A stretch of DNA of 64,000 bases from an uncultured Pseudomonadota bacterium (GTDB lineage: Bacteria > Oederibacteriota > Muellerivitia > Muellerivitales > Muellerivitaceae), in assembly GCA_963770835.1 (NCBI GenBank), contig CAVYRH010000005.1, positions 320,001 to 384,000 on the forward strand. Direction: 5' to 3'. Numbering within the stretch: position 1 is the stretch's first letter; every line of letters begins with the position of its first letter. The notes below the pieces were generated by a model that saw nothing but the letters and a program-made list of their open reading frames with translations, was not told where the DNA came from and made no database searches. Of this stretch, positions 38,547 through 47,392 are shown piece by piece. Made by a program: the position numbers and the translations under genes.

Positions 38547-39998
38547 ATGGAATATGAACCAGTAATTGGGCTTGAGGTTCATTGCGAGCTCAAAACTGTC
38601 ACAAAGCTCTTTTGCGGCTGCCGCACGACCTTTGGCAACGAAGCCAACACCCAGGTTTGTCCCGTTTGTTTAGGTTTGCCGGGTACCTTGCCGGTCATGA
38701 ACCAGAAGGCGGTGGAATATGCCGTTAAGATCGGCCTAGCCCTCAACTGCACGATCGCCAAGTACGCCAAGATGGATCGGAAAAACTATTACTATCCGGA
38801 CCTGCCCAAGGCCTATCAAATTTCCCAGTACGACAAACCTCTTAACTATGGCGGTTACCTGGAAGTGCCGCTTAAAGATGGGATCAAAAGAATCGGGATA
38901 ACCCGAGCCCACCTGGAAGAGGACGCCGGCAAGTTGGTGCACGCGGGCGGCAAGGCAGGACGTTTGGATTCCTCCGATTATTCCCTGGCCGACTACAACC
39001 GGGGTGGCATTCCGCTGGTGGAGATCGTCTCCGAACCTGATATCCGAAGCGCCGATGAGGCCTATGCCTACCTAACCGAATTAAAGAACATCCTGCTTTA
39101 TATCGACGTTTCGGACTGCAATATGGAAGAGGGTTCCTTGCGTTGCGACGCTAACGTGTCCATCCGCCCGAAGGGAACCGAGAAATTCGGCACCAGGACT
39201 GAAATTAAAAACATGAACAGTTTTAAATTCGCCAAGCAGGCCATGGAATATGAAATCAAGCGCCAGGCCGCCCTGCTGGATAAGGGCGAAAGGGTAGTCC
39301 AGGAATCCCGCCTTTGGGACGTGACCGAGAACAAGACCAAAACCATGCGCTCCAAGGAAGAAGCCCACGATTACCGCTATTTTCCCGAACCGGACCTGGT
39401 ACCAATCATCCTTTCTGAGGATTACATCAAGAAGATTAAGGACCAGCTCCCCGAACTGCCGGGCGCAAAGCGGGCCCGTTTTGCATCCAAATACGGCTTG
39501 ACCACTTATGACGCAGGGGTTTTGACCGCCGAACAGGAATTGGCCCATTGGTTTGAGGAAGGGGCCAAACACACGAAGAGCCCCAAGGGGCTCGCTAATT
39601 GGATGATGGGCGATATGACCGCCAAGATGAAGGAACAAGAAAAGGAACTCAAGGACCTCAAGTTCGACCAGAAGAAGCTATGTGAACTGGTGGACTTAGT
39701 GGAAGCGGGCACGATCAATTCAAAGCAGGCCAAGGAAGTCTTCGCCGAGATGTTCGATATGGGGGTTTCCCCGGCGGAAGTGGTGAAATCCCGTGGCATG
39801 GCCCAGGTCTCAGACCCCAAGGCCATTGAAGGTGCTGTGGACAAGGTCTTGGCCGAAAATCCAAGTGTTGTGGCCGATTACAAGGGCGGAAAACAGGGTG
39901 TGATAGGGTTCCTGGTCGGCAAGGTCATGCAGTCTACCCAGGGCAAGGCTAATCCCAAATTAGTGAATGAGATTTTAAAGAAAAAGTTAGATTCCTAA
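38547..39998 (+). CDS. gatB: Asp/Glu-tRNA amidotransferase subunit B
   Basis: IGLEVH, RKNYYYPDLPKAYQISQ, HLEEDAGK, DYRYFPEPDL. Confidence 0.97.
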   Translation: MEYEPVIGLEVHCELKTVTKLFCGCRTTFGNEANTQVCPVCLGLPGTLPVMNQKAVEYAVKIGLALNCTIAKYAKMDRKNYYYPDLPKAYQISQYDKPLNYGGYLEVPLKDGIKRIGITRAHLEEDAGKLVHAGGKAGRLDSSDYSLADYNRGGIPLVEIVSEPDIRSADEAYAYLTELKNILLYIDVSDCNMEEGSLRCDANVSIRPKGTEKFGTRTEIKNMNSFKFAKQAMEYEIKRQAALLDKGERVVQESRLWDVTENKTKTMRSKEEAHDYRYFPEPDLVPIILSEDYIKKIKDQLPELPGAKRARFASKYGLTTYDAGVLTAEQELAHWFEEGAKHTKSPKGLANWMMGDMTAKMKEQEKELKDLKFDQKKLCELVDLVEAGTINSKQAKEVFAEMFDMGVSPAEVVKSRGMAQVSDPKAIEGAVDKVLAENPSVVADYKGGKQGVIGFLVGKVMQSTQGKANPKLVNEILKKKLDS

Positions 39999-40136
39999 GA
40001 TTTCGCCAAGAGCTCAATGAGTTCCAACTGCTTTTGGTTTCCGTAGGGTTTTTTACCCACTGTTTTCGTTTATGGGCCTTCCTTCCGGGTGTAGGCTGGT
40101 GGGGTTTCCGAAAGTCATTCTAAAAGAGGTGCTTTG

Positions 40137-40997
40137 ATGATCAACTATATTTCTGGGCTCATTTTCGTCATCCTGCTCATCGTGGGCGGGATTGTTTCTT
40201 TCACGCTGGGCACGGCCAACGTGGGTCTGGGCGTTCTGGTGGGCATTCTTTGGCTGGGGATGGATATCATCATTTCCTCCGGCTGCCAGCTGGCGGCCCA
40301 ATGGGAAAGAGGCGTGATTTTCCGCTTGGGCCAGTTCAGCGGCATCAAGGGACCTGGCTTGTTCTTCATCATTCCCCTGGTGGACCAGGTCAGACTGGTG
40401 GACACCCGCATCCGGGCCGTGGACATCCCGGCCCAACAGGCCATCACCAAGGACAACGTGCCGGTTAAGATCAACGGCGTCATTTTCTTCAAGGTGGATA
40501 AGGCCGAGGATGCCATCATCAAGGTGCAGGACTACCGCTACGCCATTTCCCAGTACGCCCAGACGGCCTTGAGGGACGTGATCGGCCAGATGACCCTGGA
40601 CCAGATCTTGAGCGAAAGGGAAAAGATCAGCAAAATGATCCAGGCGGCGGTGGAGAAGGACACGGAAGGCTGGGGATTGGAAGTGACCGGGATCAACATC
40701 CTCGACATCGACATGCCCGAGGAACTCAAGAAGATGATGTCCCGCCAGGCCTCAGCGGAGCGGGAAAAGCGCGCCACCATCACCAAGGCCGAGGGTGACA
40801 AGGAAGCGTCCATAAACCTGGCTGCGGCAGCCGCCACCATGGCCACCAGCCCTGGCGCCATGCAGTTGCGGACGCTGCAGACCATCGACGGCCTGGGGCC
40901 GACGGCTTCCAACACAGTCGTGATCGCCGTGCCGGTTGACCTGATGGACGCCCTGCAGTCGGTGGCGAAATCCCTCAAAGCCAAACAACAGGGGTGA
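40137..40997 (+). CDS. SPFH/stomatin (slipin) family protein
   Basis: ERGVIFRLG, GPGLFFIIP, ITKDNV, AQTALRDVIG, QASAEREKRA. Confidence 0.9.
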   Translation: MINYISGLIFVILLIVGGIVSFTLGTANVGLGVLVGILWLGMDIIISSGCQLAAQWERGVIFRLGQFSGIKGPGLFFIIPLVDQVRLVDTRIRAVDIPAQQAITKDNVPVKINGVIFFKVDKAEDAIIKVQDYRYAISQYAQTALRDVIGQMTLDQILSEREKISKMIQAAVEKDTEGWGLEVTGINILDIDMPEELKKMMSRQASAEREKRATITKAEGDKEASINLAAAAATMATSPGAMQLRTLQTIDGLGPTASNTVVIAVPVDLMDALQSVAKSLKAKQQG

Positions 40998-41007
40998 TCC
41001 GGCTGCC

Positions 41008-41598
41008 ATGAGCCCTGTTTCTTACGGTCCTTCGGACGTCATCAACCCCCGCGGAAACCCTTTCGCGGGCCCCGTGCCGGAAAGCTTCTGGCTGACTAAG
41101 GCCCTTTTGTTCGACTTCGACTGGGTGATGGCCGAATCCAAGAACCTCCATTACAACAAAAAGGACTACGAGGACCCGACCCCCATCACGGCTTTAAAGG
41201 ATTGCTTCCGCACGCTGCGCAGTTATGAAATCCGCCTGTCCCTTACCTCTAACCGGAAGAACAGTGACATCGTCCCGGAATTGGCCCGCCTGAACCTGGT
41301 GGAGGATTTCGACAACATCCGCTGCTTTGACGACGTCAAGGAAGTGAAACCATCCCCCGAAATGCACCAGCTTTCCATTGATATGTTGGGGGTGAGGTCC
41401 TGGCGGGCGGTGGCTTTTGAGACGACCCTGGAAGGAGTGCAGGCCGCCAAGGCCGCTGGTATTTTTTGTGTGGGAATGCCTCCTGCGGTCAATGGCCAGG
41501 CGGATATGAAGATGGATTCTTTCCTGGATACCCCGCTTATTCACGTTCTTGAAAAAATCGACCAGCTCAAACGCTCAGCCATTTCCCAAGCCCGTTAA
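41008..41598 (+). CDS. HAD-superfamily hydrolase-like protein
   Basis: LLFDFD, KPSPE, GVQAAKAAG. Confidence 0.7.
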   Translation: MSPVSYGPSDVINPRGNPFAGPVPESFWLTKALLFDFDWVMAESKNLHYNKKDYEDPTPITALKDCFRTLRSYEIRLSLTSNRKNSDIVPELARLNLVEDFDNIRCFDDVKEVKPSPEMHQLSIDMLGVRSWRAVAFETTLEGVQAAKAAGIFCVGMPPAVNGQADMKMDSFLDTPLIHVLEKIDQLKRSAISQAR

Positions 41599-41778
41599 AG
41601 CCCTCAATTTTTCCCGGCAGTTTCATCTTCCCACAAAACATGCGTTTTTAGCCTTTGGCATTACGGCTCTATTTTTGACCGGTTAATGTTTTCCTAAAAT
41701 TCGGGCAAGCACCCAAGAAAAATACAGCGAAAGGGAGTAGGGTTGAATGAAAGACCGATCGTTTTCGGGAGGGGGAAC

Positions 41779-42018
41779 ATGAAAAAGGAATGGGCGGTCA
41801 TCATATGCTTGACCATCATGGGATGCCTGGGAGGGGTTGTGGGCTGCTTGAACGAAAATAACACCTCAACGCCCAAGGGGGGGAATTATGGCTTGGGAGG
41901 GCCCAACCCAACGTTCACTCCGGCTCCTTCCTTGACGCCGACAGCGACCGTAACGGCCACGCCGACCGCCACCCCGATGTTATTCTTTCCTACTCCCACG
42001 CCGACCCCCACTTTGTGA
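41779..42018 (+). CDS. Small putative lipoprotein with Pro/Thr tail
   Basis: RBS GGAGGG; hydrophobic leader ending VVGC; PTFTPAPSLTPTATVTATPTATP. Confidence 0.6.
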   Translation: MKKEWAVIICLTIMGCLGGVVGCLNENNTSTPKGGNYGLGGPNPTFTPAPSLTPTATVTATPTATPMLFFPTPTPTPTL

Positions 42019-42026
42019 ATTGATTT

Positions 42027-42863
42027 TTATTTTTTTCTAAGGCAGGATTTTTCAAAATCCTGAATTGGCTTTTCATATTGGTAGGCCACACTGGGAAAGT
42101 CGTTATGGTTGATTCCCTTAATCACCAGCCATTCTTTCGGTTCCACCGCTTCCTCGAAAACCTTCTGGCCCAACTCAATCGGAATAATCGTGTCTTTTTC
42201 GGCGTGGGTTTCCAGCAAAGGGCAGGACCGTTCGGCCACATATTTGCCCGTCTCGAACTCGTCCCGAATCATGAAGGGAAAAACCAGGAGCCAGGGGTTC
42301 CTTTGCCGGCTGACGGCGTAAATGGAAGGGAAGGCTCCCTCCAGGATCAGCCCGGCGGGATGGGTTTGGGTGGCTAGCTCCGCCGCCACGGAAGAACCGA
42401 GGGAGTGGCCCCAGATCAGAATCCGGTTGTCCGGGATTCCCTTGTATCGGAGCCATTGATAGGCGGCGAAGGCATCGCCATCCACGGCCTTTTCGCTTAA
42501 GGGGGCCTTTTGGCTGCCACCATAACTTCGGTAGTCAAAAATGAGGGTGTCGAAGCCAAAATCATAAAAGATTTTTGAAACTTCCGCCAATTGAGAAAGA
42601 CAGTCGGCATTCCCGTGGCAATAAAGAAGAACCGGCCGATGGTAATCCTTTTGGGGATGCTCGATCCACCAACCCGTCAGGGTGACGCCATCAAAGGAAG
42701 GAAAGGAAACGTCCTTGAAGTTCTTCAGGTGAAAATCGGCAGGAGTGGCGCCCGTCAGGCCGACGGGGTGAAAGACCAGTTTGCCTTGAAAAACAACGTA
42801 AAGACCCAGAATGGACAAATAAGCCGAAACAAGCGGTAGCAGGACGATGCGGAGTTGTTTCAT
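42027..42863 (-). CDS. Alpha/beta hydrolase (ABHD13/BEM46-like)
   Basis: YCHGNA, DYRSYGGS, WGHSLG, HAEKD, NHND. Confidence 0.88.
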   Translation of the reverse strand: MKQLRIVLLPLVSAYLSILGLYVVFQGKLVFHPVGLTGATPADFHLKNFKDVSFPSFDGVTLTGWWIEHPQKDYHRPVLLYCHGNADCLSQLAEVSKIFYDFGFDTLIFDYRSYGGSQKAPLSEKAVDGDAFAAYQWLRYKGIPDNRILIWGHSLGSSVAAELATQTHPAGLILEGAFPSIYAVSRQRNPWLLVFPFMIRDEFETGKYVAERSCPLLETHAEKDTIIPIELGQKVFEEAVEPKEWLVIKGINHNDFPSVAYQYEKPIQDFEKSCLRKK

Positions 42864-42924
42864 TATTTCTCTTTTGGACAGGGATTTATCAATTGGGTAT
42901 AAACCTCAAATCAAAAAGCAATTT

Positions 42925-43178
42925 AGCCACGGATGAATGGGATTCACAGGATGGTTTAAAAGCAAAAAATCAAAGGAACTTAAAGTTTTAGTTTAGGGCA
43001 CCTCTAATAATTCATGCTTCACCCTCACCCCGCCCTCTCCCCTCAAGGGAGAGGGTGCAAAAGATAAGCAAATTCCACATTCCCCTCGCCCCTTGGGGGA
43101 GAGGGTTAGGGTGAGGGGTGCCGTTAGTTTTATTTTTAGAGGTGCCTTTTATCCAATGTATCCCATGCATCTGTGGCT
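42925..43178. repeat. 9-mer-based palindromic intergenic element (outer layer of nested structure)
   Basis: AGCCACGGATGAATGGGATTCACAGGAT ... ATCCAATGTATCCCATGCATCTGTGGCT. Confidence 0.65.
42996..43147. mobile_element. MITE-like element enclosing a CCCTCACCC/GGGAGAGGG palindrome
   Basis: IR GGCACCTCTAATAA / TTTTTAGAGGTGCC; 4-bp duplication TTTA (42992-42995, 43148-43151). Confidence 0.7.
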
Positions 43179-43193
43179 CATAAGCCGTTGTTC

Positions 43194-43715
43194 TCAGCTT
43201 TTAGCGCTGGGGACCGACTTCCAAACCTTGTCCACTCCGGCGGGCAGGGAATCCATGTGCTTCAAAAACAGGACCACCTGCCAAACCTGTTCCTCCGTCA
43301 GGGTTCCGCTGAAGGCGGGCATGCCGGTCAACCGGATGCCGTGCTTTACCTTCCAATAAATGACCCCCTCGGGATCGTCCTCTACTCCATCATCGGCCAA
43401 CTGGGGGGCATGCTGATATAGGCCCATAGCGATGTTGGAGGCCTTGGCGTCCGAGGCTCCATGGCAGGCCGCGCAGTTTTGGGCGTAAAGCTTTATTCCA
43501 ACTGTGAGGTTGGCGTCGTTTAGGGCAACGGGGACGGGCCCCTTGGGGGCTTCCCGTTGGATAGACGCATGAAGGGATTTGCGGGCCATCCATTTTTCAA
43601 TCCATGGGGGTTTCCCGTCCGCGTTCGCCGGCATGCATCCGAAGGAAATAAAGGCATAGGCTCCAACCACCAGTGCAACCAAGGTCACGATGACTCCAGC
43701 CAGGAACTTCTTCAT
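43194..43715 (-). CDS. c-type cytochrome
   Basis: N-terminal TM; CAACH heme motif; GIRLTGMPAF. Confidence 0.88.
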   Translation of the reverse strand: MKKFLAGVIVTLVALVVGAYAFISFGCMPANADGKPPWIEKWMARKSLHASIQREAPKGPVPVALNDANLTVGIKLYAQNCAACHGASDAKASNIAMGLYQHAPQLADDGVEDDPEGVIYWKVKHGIRLTGMPAFSGTLTEEQVWQVVLFLKHMDSLPAGVDKVWKSVPSAKS

Positions 43716-43875
43716 GGTTCAGCCTCCTTAGGCGTTCAGCAAAGAAAACCGCTTCCTAAGATTGCAAACTCAAGGAAAGATGGCAAGTTCTTCTTGATCG
43801 TAAGGACGAATCATGGGCCTGAAAAGTTTTGAGACGGGCTTGAACGGGTTAAGGCCGGTAAAGGGAAAAGTCTTC

Positions 43876-44544
43876 TTACTGGGCTGCGCCCAAGTGGACT
43901 TCTTGGCGGAGAACCTTCGAGCCGGAGGTTACGACCAGGTAATAAGTTCCCGGAGAAGCCACGGAGCCGTTCATATCCTTGCCGTCCCAGGTAAAGGTCC
44001 GTTTTCCCGCTGGGAGAATACCAGCGAAAAGAATGCGCATTTCCTTCTCCTGTGGGTCCATTACCTTTACCGTCACAAGGCCCTGCTGGGGATGAGTCAC
44101 CACAACGGAAAGCTCCTCGTGGATTTTTCCGCTTTGGCCCGAATTAGGGGAGGGTGCCGTGGAATGTTTTTTCGCATGGGCGGGTTTAGAGGACTGGGAC
44201 TTGGGTGATTCACGGGAATGGGTCGGCTGAGGCGTAAAAAGGGTGGAAGGGGTTTGGACCCGGAACAACCAACGGTAAAGGCAATAACCCGACCAGGCCA
44301 GGAACAGGAATAAAAGGGACCAGAGAAGGATGCGGAATGGACGGAAGCCGGATTTAGGGAAGAAGGGGGGCAAAGGCTTCTCCATCCACTTGGGCTCCGG
44401 AAGGCCGAGTGATCGGTAGTGCGCTTCCATCAATTCGACGAAACGCTGGGCGTCTTCCGGCGAGGAAGAAAGCCCTTGGGCCATTTGTTCTTCCTCGGAC
44501 TCGGTCAGGTCCCTCTTGAAATATTCGTCCAACAGCGGATTCAC
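43876..44544 (-). CDS. Putative anti-sigma factor: N-terminal helical domain, TM helix, C-terminal FlgD-Ig/CTD-like domain
   Basis: GTGA overlap with sigma stop; LLDEYFKRDLTESEEEQM; TM ILLWSLLFLFLAWSGY; FTWDGKDMNGSVASPGTYYLVV. Confidence 0.75.
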   Translation of the reverse strand: MNPLLDEYFKRDLTESEEEQMAQGLSSSPEDAQRFVELMEAHYRSLGLPEPKWMEKPLPPFFPKSGFRPFRILLWSLLFLFLAWSGYCLYRWLFRVQTPSTLFTPQPTHSRESPKSQSSKPAHAKKHSTAPSPNSGQSGKIHEELSVVVTHPQQGLVTVKVMDPQEKEMRILFAGILPAGKRTFTWDGKDMNGSVASPGTYYLVVTSGSKVLRQEVHLGAAQ

Positions 44545-45113
44545 GATTTCTCCCCTTTCCACTCACCCTCAAAAAGGTTTCTCAAAGCTTTCCGGCAGCG
44601 CGCTAACGGGGACATCACCGTCCCCATGGGAATTTTCAGGGTCCGGGAGATATTGATATAGCTCTCGCCTTTTTTGTCGCGCAATTCCAGGACTTTGCGG
44701 CACCTTTCGCTCAAAGAGTTGGTGATTCGGCCCAGAAGCGCCAGACGAGCCTGTTTTTCCTCTTCGACTTCTCTTTCCTCCCCCGGCGAAAGGGATTGGG
44801 GAAGGGCCAACCTTTCCAAGTCCTCGTGGAGGGACGCCAAGACCTTCTTTTTCCGCCTCAGCCTTTCATAGCAGAGGTTGGCGCAAATATTGGATAGCCA
44901 GGTGTAAAGGGTGGACCGGAATTCAAATTCCCGCAGCTTCCCCAGGGCAATGAGGAAGGTTTGCTGAAGGATATCCTCGGCGTCATCGTCCTCCGGACCC
45001 AAAAAGTGGATGCAAGTGTGGAAAAGGCGGCGGGAGTTTTCCCTATAAAAAACGGTTTGGGCCTCCACGTCGCCCGCCAGGATCCTTTTGACCAACTGCC
45101 TTTCGTCGGACAT
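44541..45113 (-). CDS. ECF RNA polymerase sigma factor
   Basis: Region 2 DAEDILQQTF..FRSTLYTWL..N; region 4 SYINISRTLKIPMGTVMSPLARCR. Confidence 0.92.
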   Translation of the reverse strand: MSDERQLVKRILAGDVEAQTVFYRENSRRLFHTCIHFLGPEDDDAEDILQQTFLIALGKLREFEFRSTLYTWLSNICANLCYERLRRKKKVLASLHEDLERLALPQSLSPGEEREVEEEKQARLALLGRITNSLSERCRKVLELRDKKGESYINISRTLKIPMGTVMSPLARCRKALRNLFEGEWKGEKS

Positions 45114-45129
45114 TCTTTCCTCGTAAATG

Positions 45130-45155
45130 TAGTGAATGGGGCGGCGGTTTATTCC
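45130..45155 (-). promoter_or_regulatory. Putative autoregulatory ECF promoter GGAATA-N15-CACTA
   Basis: Minus strand GGAATAAACCGCCGCCCCATTCACTAC upstream of the sigma RBS; same spacing as two copies at 47245 and 47331. Confidence 0.7.
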
Positions 45156-46660
45156 CCCCCGGGGCTCACCGGGTGGGATTGTCGGTACCGGGCCATCCAG
45201 TCTTTCAAGGCCTGTGCACCGGGTTTCAAGCGTAAAACCTCAGTAAAGCATTGTATGGCGTAATCGGGCTGACCCGACTGCCAATAGAGGTTTCCAAGAT
45301 CCATCCAGGCTTGGGCATCATTGGGGTTTTGCCCCACCTTCTGCCCTGCCTCATCCAGGGCCTTTTCCAGTTCGGGGGATGGCGTGGAGGAAGCGGATAC
45401 CGGGGATTCCACCGTGTCGGGGATTTGAAAAAAGGTTTCAACCTTCACCACTTGGTCGGAAGGAAGCTGCGTTGAGGAAGGACTGAAATTGAGTGAGGTT
45501 ATAGTGGGTGAGGGAGAGGGTTTATTGGAAACCACGGCCGTATTTGTCGGGCTCGGGACCTGAAGGTTTTCCGGGCTTGGGGTAACAGAAGGGGAAGCGG
45601 GGGTTGGGAGACGTGTGGAAACCGGCGTGGGGGAAGGGAAAAGGAAGGTTTTTGCCGGAACCGGAGTGGGTTTCGGGGTTTGGGTGGGAGAAGGAGTGGA
45701 AACCGGGGTGGGGTGGGGGATTGGGGGCCTTGAAGCTGGACTGGGCAGGCGGTAAGTGAGGCCGACCATTTGGGAAAACCCCAGGTCGCCGTCCGGCGCG
45801 TAACTGTAGTCCAGGCTGAAATCCTGAAAATCGAAACCCAAGCCACCGGTCAGGCCCCGGAATCCCGCAATGTAATTGTTATTCAATTCCCATTGGTAGC
45901 CCAAGCGGGCGACCAGGACATTTAAAAAAGGCTGTTCCGCCCCGAATTGAAGCCTCGCTACGTTGTAAAGAGGAAGGGAAAAAGTGGATTCCAGGAGGGT
46001 TGGATTTTTAAAGAGCAAGAGGGTAGACCAGGATGCCCCAACGCCCAAAAAGCCGACCCCAAGCTGGGAGTCCGTATTCAAAAAGGTATAGGAGGCTCCC
46101 AAATCGAAGTTTGAAAAGGGATTCCAGAGCGCTCCGGCTTGCAAGGAAGAAGACAGGTTGGAGATGCCGGGGGCCAGGGATTGGAAAAGACCCTGGACTG
46201 AAAGCCCAACTGAGAAGCCGGAAAACCAGGGACTGCCCCATCCCAATGAAAGGGAACCCCTAAAAGGATGGTTGGAAGAAGTCGGGTTTCCCAATGCGTC
46301 ATAACCCTCTAGCGGCCCAAAGTCGAGGTAGTTCGCGCCAAGTGCGAAACCGCCGATTTTTCCGGTTGGAAAGCCGGCCAGGAGGGTTTCCTGGGAAATG
46401 CCGGCGATCCAGTCCTCGTGGACCAGGGACAACTGGAAGGAATCCAGCCCGCCCAAACCGGCGGGATTGTAAAAGAGGCAGGCGGGGTCCCCCGATACCG
46501 CCGTGAAAGCCTCACCCAGCGCGGAAGCCCGGGGGGAATGGCCCAGGTTTTCCAACGGGTAAGGTGTATTAGCGGTGGTATAAATCGTCTGACTGAAGGA
46601 GAGCGCCGGGAGGGAGAGAACGCCTCCCAAGACGCAAGGCAGAAGCTTCTTGGGAACCAT
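45149..46660 (-). CDS. PorV/PorQ-like beta-barrel with Pro/Thr linker and C-terminal TPR (start 46660-46717)
   Basis: SPRASALGEAFTAV..LFYNPAGL, LVARLGY, GLTGGLGF, LDYSY, GLTYRL; then P/T tract and NPNDAQAWMDLGNLY. Confidence 0.8.
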   Translation of the reverse strand: MVPKKLLPCVLGGVLSLPALSFSQTIYTTANTPYPLENLGHSPRASALGEAFTAVSGDPACLFYNPAGLGGLDSFQLSLVHEDWIAGISQETLLAGFPTGKIGGFALGANYLDFGPLEGYDALGNPTSSNHPFRGSLSLGWGSPWFSGFSVGLSVQGLFQSLAPGISNLSSSLQAGALWNPFSNFDLGASYTFLNTDSQLGVGFLGVGASWSTLLLFKNPTLLESTFSLPLYNVARLQFGAEQPFLNVLVARLGYQWELNNNYIAGFRGLTGGLGFDFQDFSLDYSYAPDGDLGFSQMVGLTYRLPSPASRPPIPHPTPVSTPSPTQTPKPTPVPAKTFLFPSPTPVSTRLPTPASPSVTPSPENLQVPSPTNTAVVSNKPSPSPTITSLNFSPSSTQLPSDQVVKVETFFQIPDTVESPVSASSTPSPELEKALDEAGQKVGQNPNDAQAWMDLGNLYWQSGQPDYAIQCFTEVLRLKPGAQALKDWMARYRQSHPVSPGGE

Positions 46661-46728
46661 GGGTTTAAAATCTTTCAAAGCGCGGAACATGCGATCAACC
46701 TTTTGGGTGCCGTGCACAGGCGTGTTTT

Positions 46729-47106
46729 TTATTTGGAGACGATGAACTTGAAAAGTGGGAGGGCCGATCCCCCTCCCGAGTCCAGGGTTAAAACCACGCG
46801 GCAGATGTAAACGCCGGGACGGTAATGGGTTAGGTCCAAGTAAACCTGTTGGACGCCAGCGTTGTTCGATTGTTGGGTTTGGGCCGCCAGGTCGCCGGCC
46901 TCGTTAAAGATGTAGACGGTGGCGGTTCCGCTTTCGGGAAGGTTGTAGACGACCCAGGCGGAGCTTCCTTGGGATGGGGAAGGATAGACGAAACACTGGC
47001 CTTCGGCCGGCACCTGTAAAGCGGAGGCTTTGGAAAGTAACAGGAAAAAAACCACGAAGGTTTTCGCCCAAAATTCGAGTCGCCAGATGGATGAGAAAAG
47101 TTTCAT
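46729..47106 (-). CDS. Stand-alone T9SS type-A sorting (CTD)-like protein with signal peptide
   Basis: VYPSP..VYIFNEAGDL..PGVYICRV..KFIVSK directly after a signal peptide. Confidence 0.72.
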   Translation of the reverse strand: MKLFSSIWRLEFWAKTFVVFFLLLSKASALQVPAEGQCFVYPSPSQGSSAWVVYNLPESGTATVYIFNEAGDLAAQTQQSNNAGVQQVYLDLTHYRPGVYICRVVLTLDSGGGSALPLFKFIVSK

Positions 47107-47240
47107 AAGGTCTTTAGGGAAAGGAATTGAAATAACTCGGAAACCCTGGAAAAGCAAATCCAGCCAGCCTTTTGAACGAAAATTATTTTATCTTTTGTCT
47201 GGTCAAATGAAAGACATCTCTTTGGGAAAATTATTTTGAG

Positions 47241-47359
47241 TTAGGGAATAAAAAGGCGGGCCGATCACAATACTTTCATTCGAAGGCGCAGGCCGGTTTT
47301 TGGCTAGTTGTGATAAGCTTTGGCAATTAGGGAATAAAACCCACGTTTTGACACTATAC
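47241..47359 (+). promoter_or_regulatory. Two tandem putative ECF promoters TTAGGGAATAAAA-N12-CAC(A/T)ATAC
   Basis: 47241-47273 and 47327-47359, identical spacing. Confidence 0.7.
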
Positions 47360-47392
47360 GGTTGAAGGAAAAAAGGCGTGGAGGGATATGTT

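Noticed and set aside
38438..38557. 39-aa ORF between gatA and gatB
   Set aside because: No recognisable motif and it runs through palindromic DNA; cannot be supported as coding
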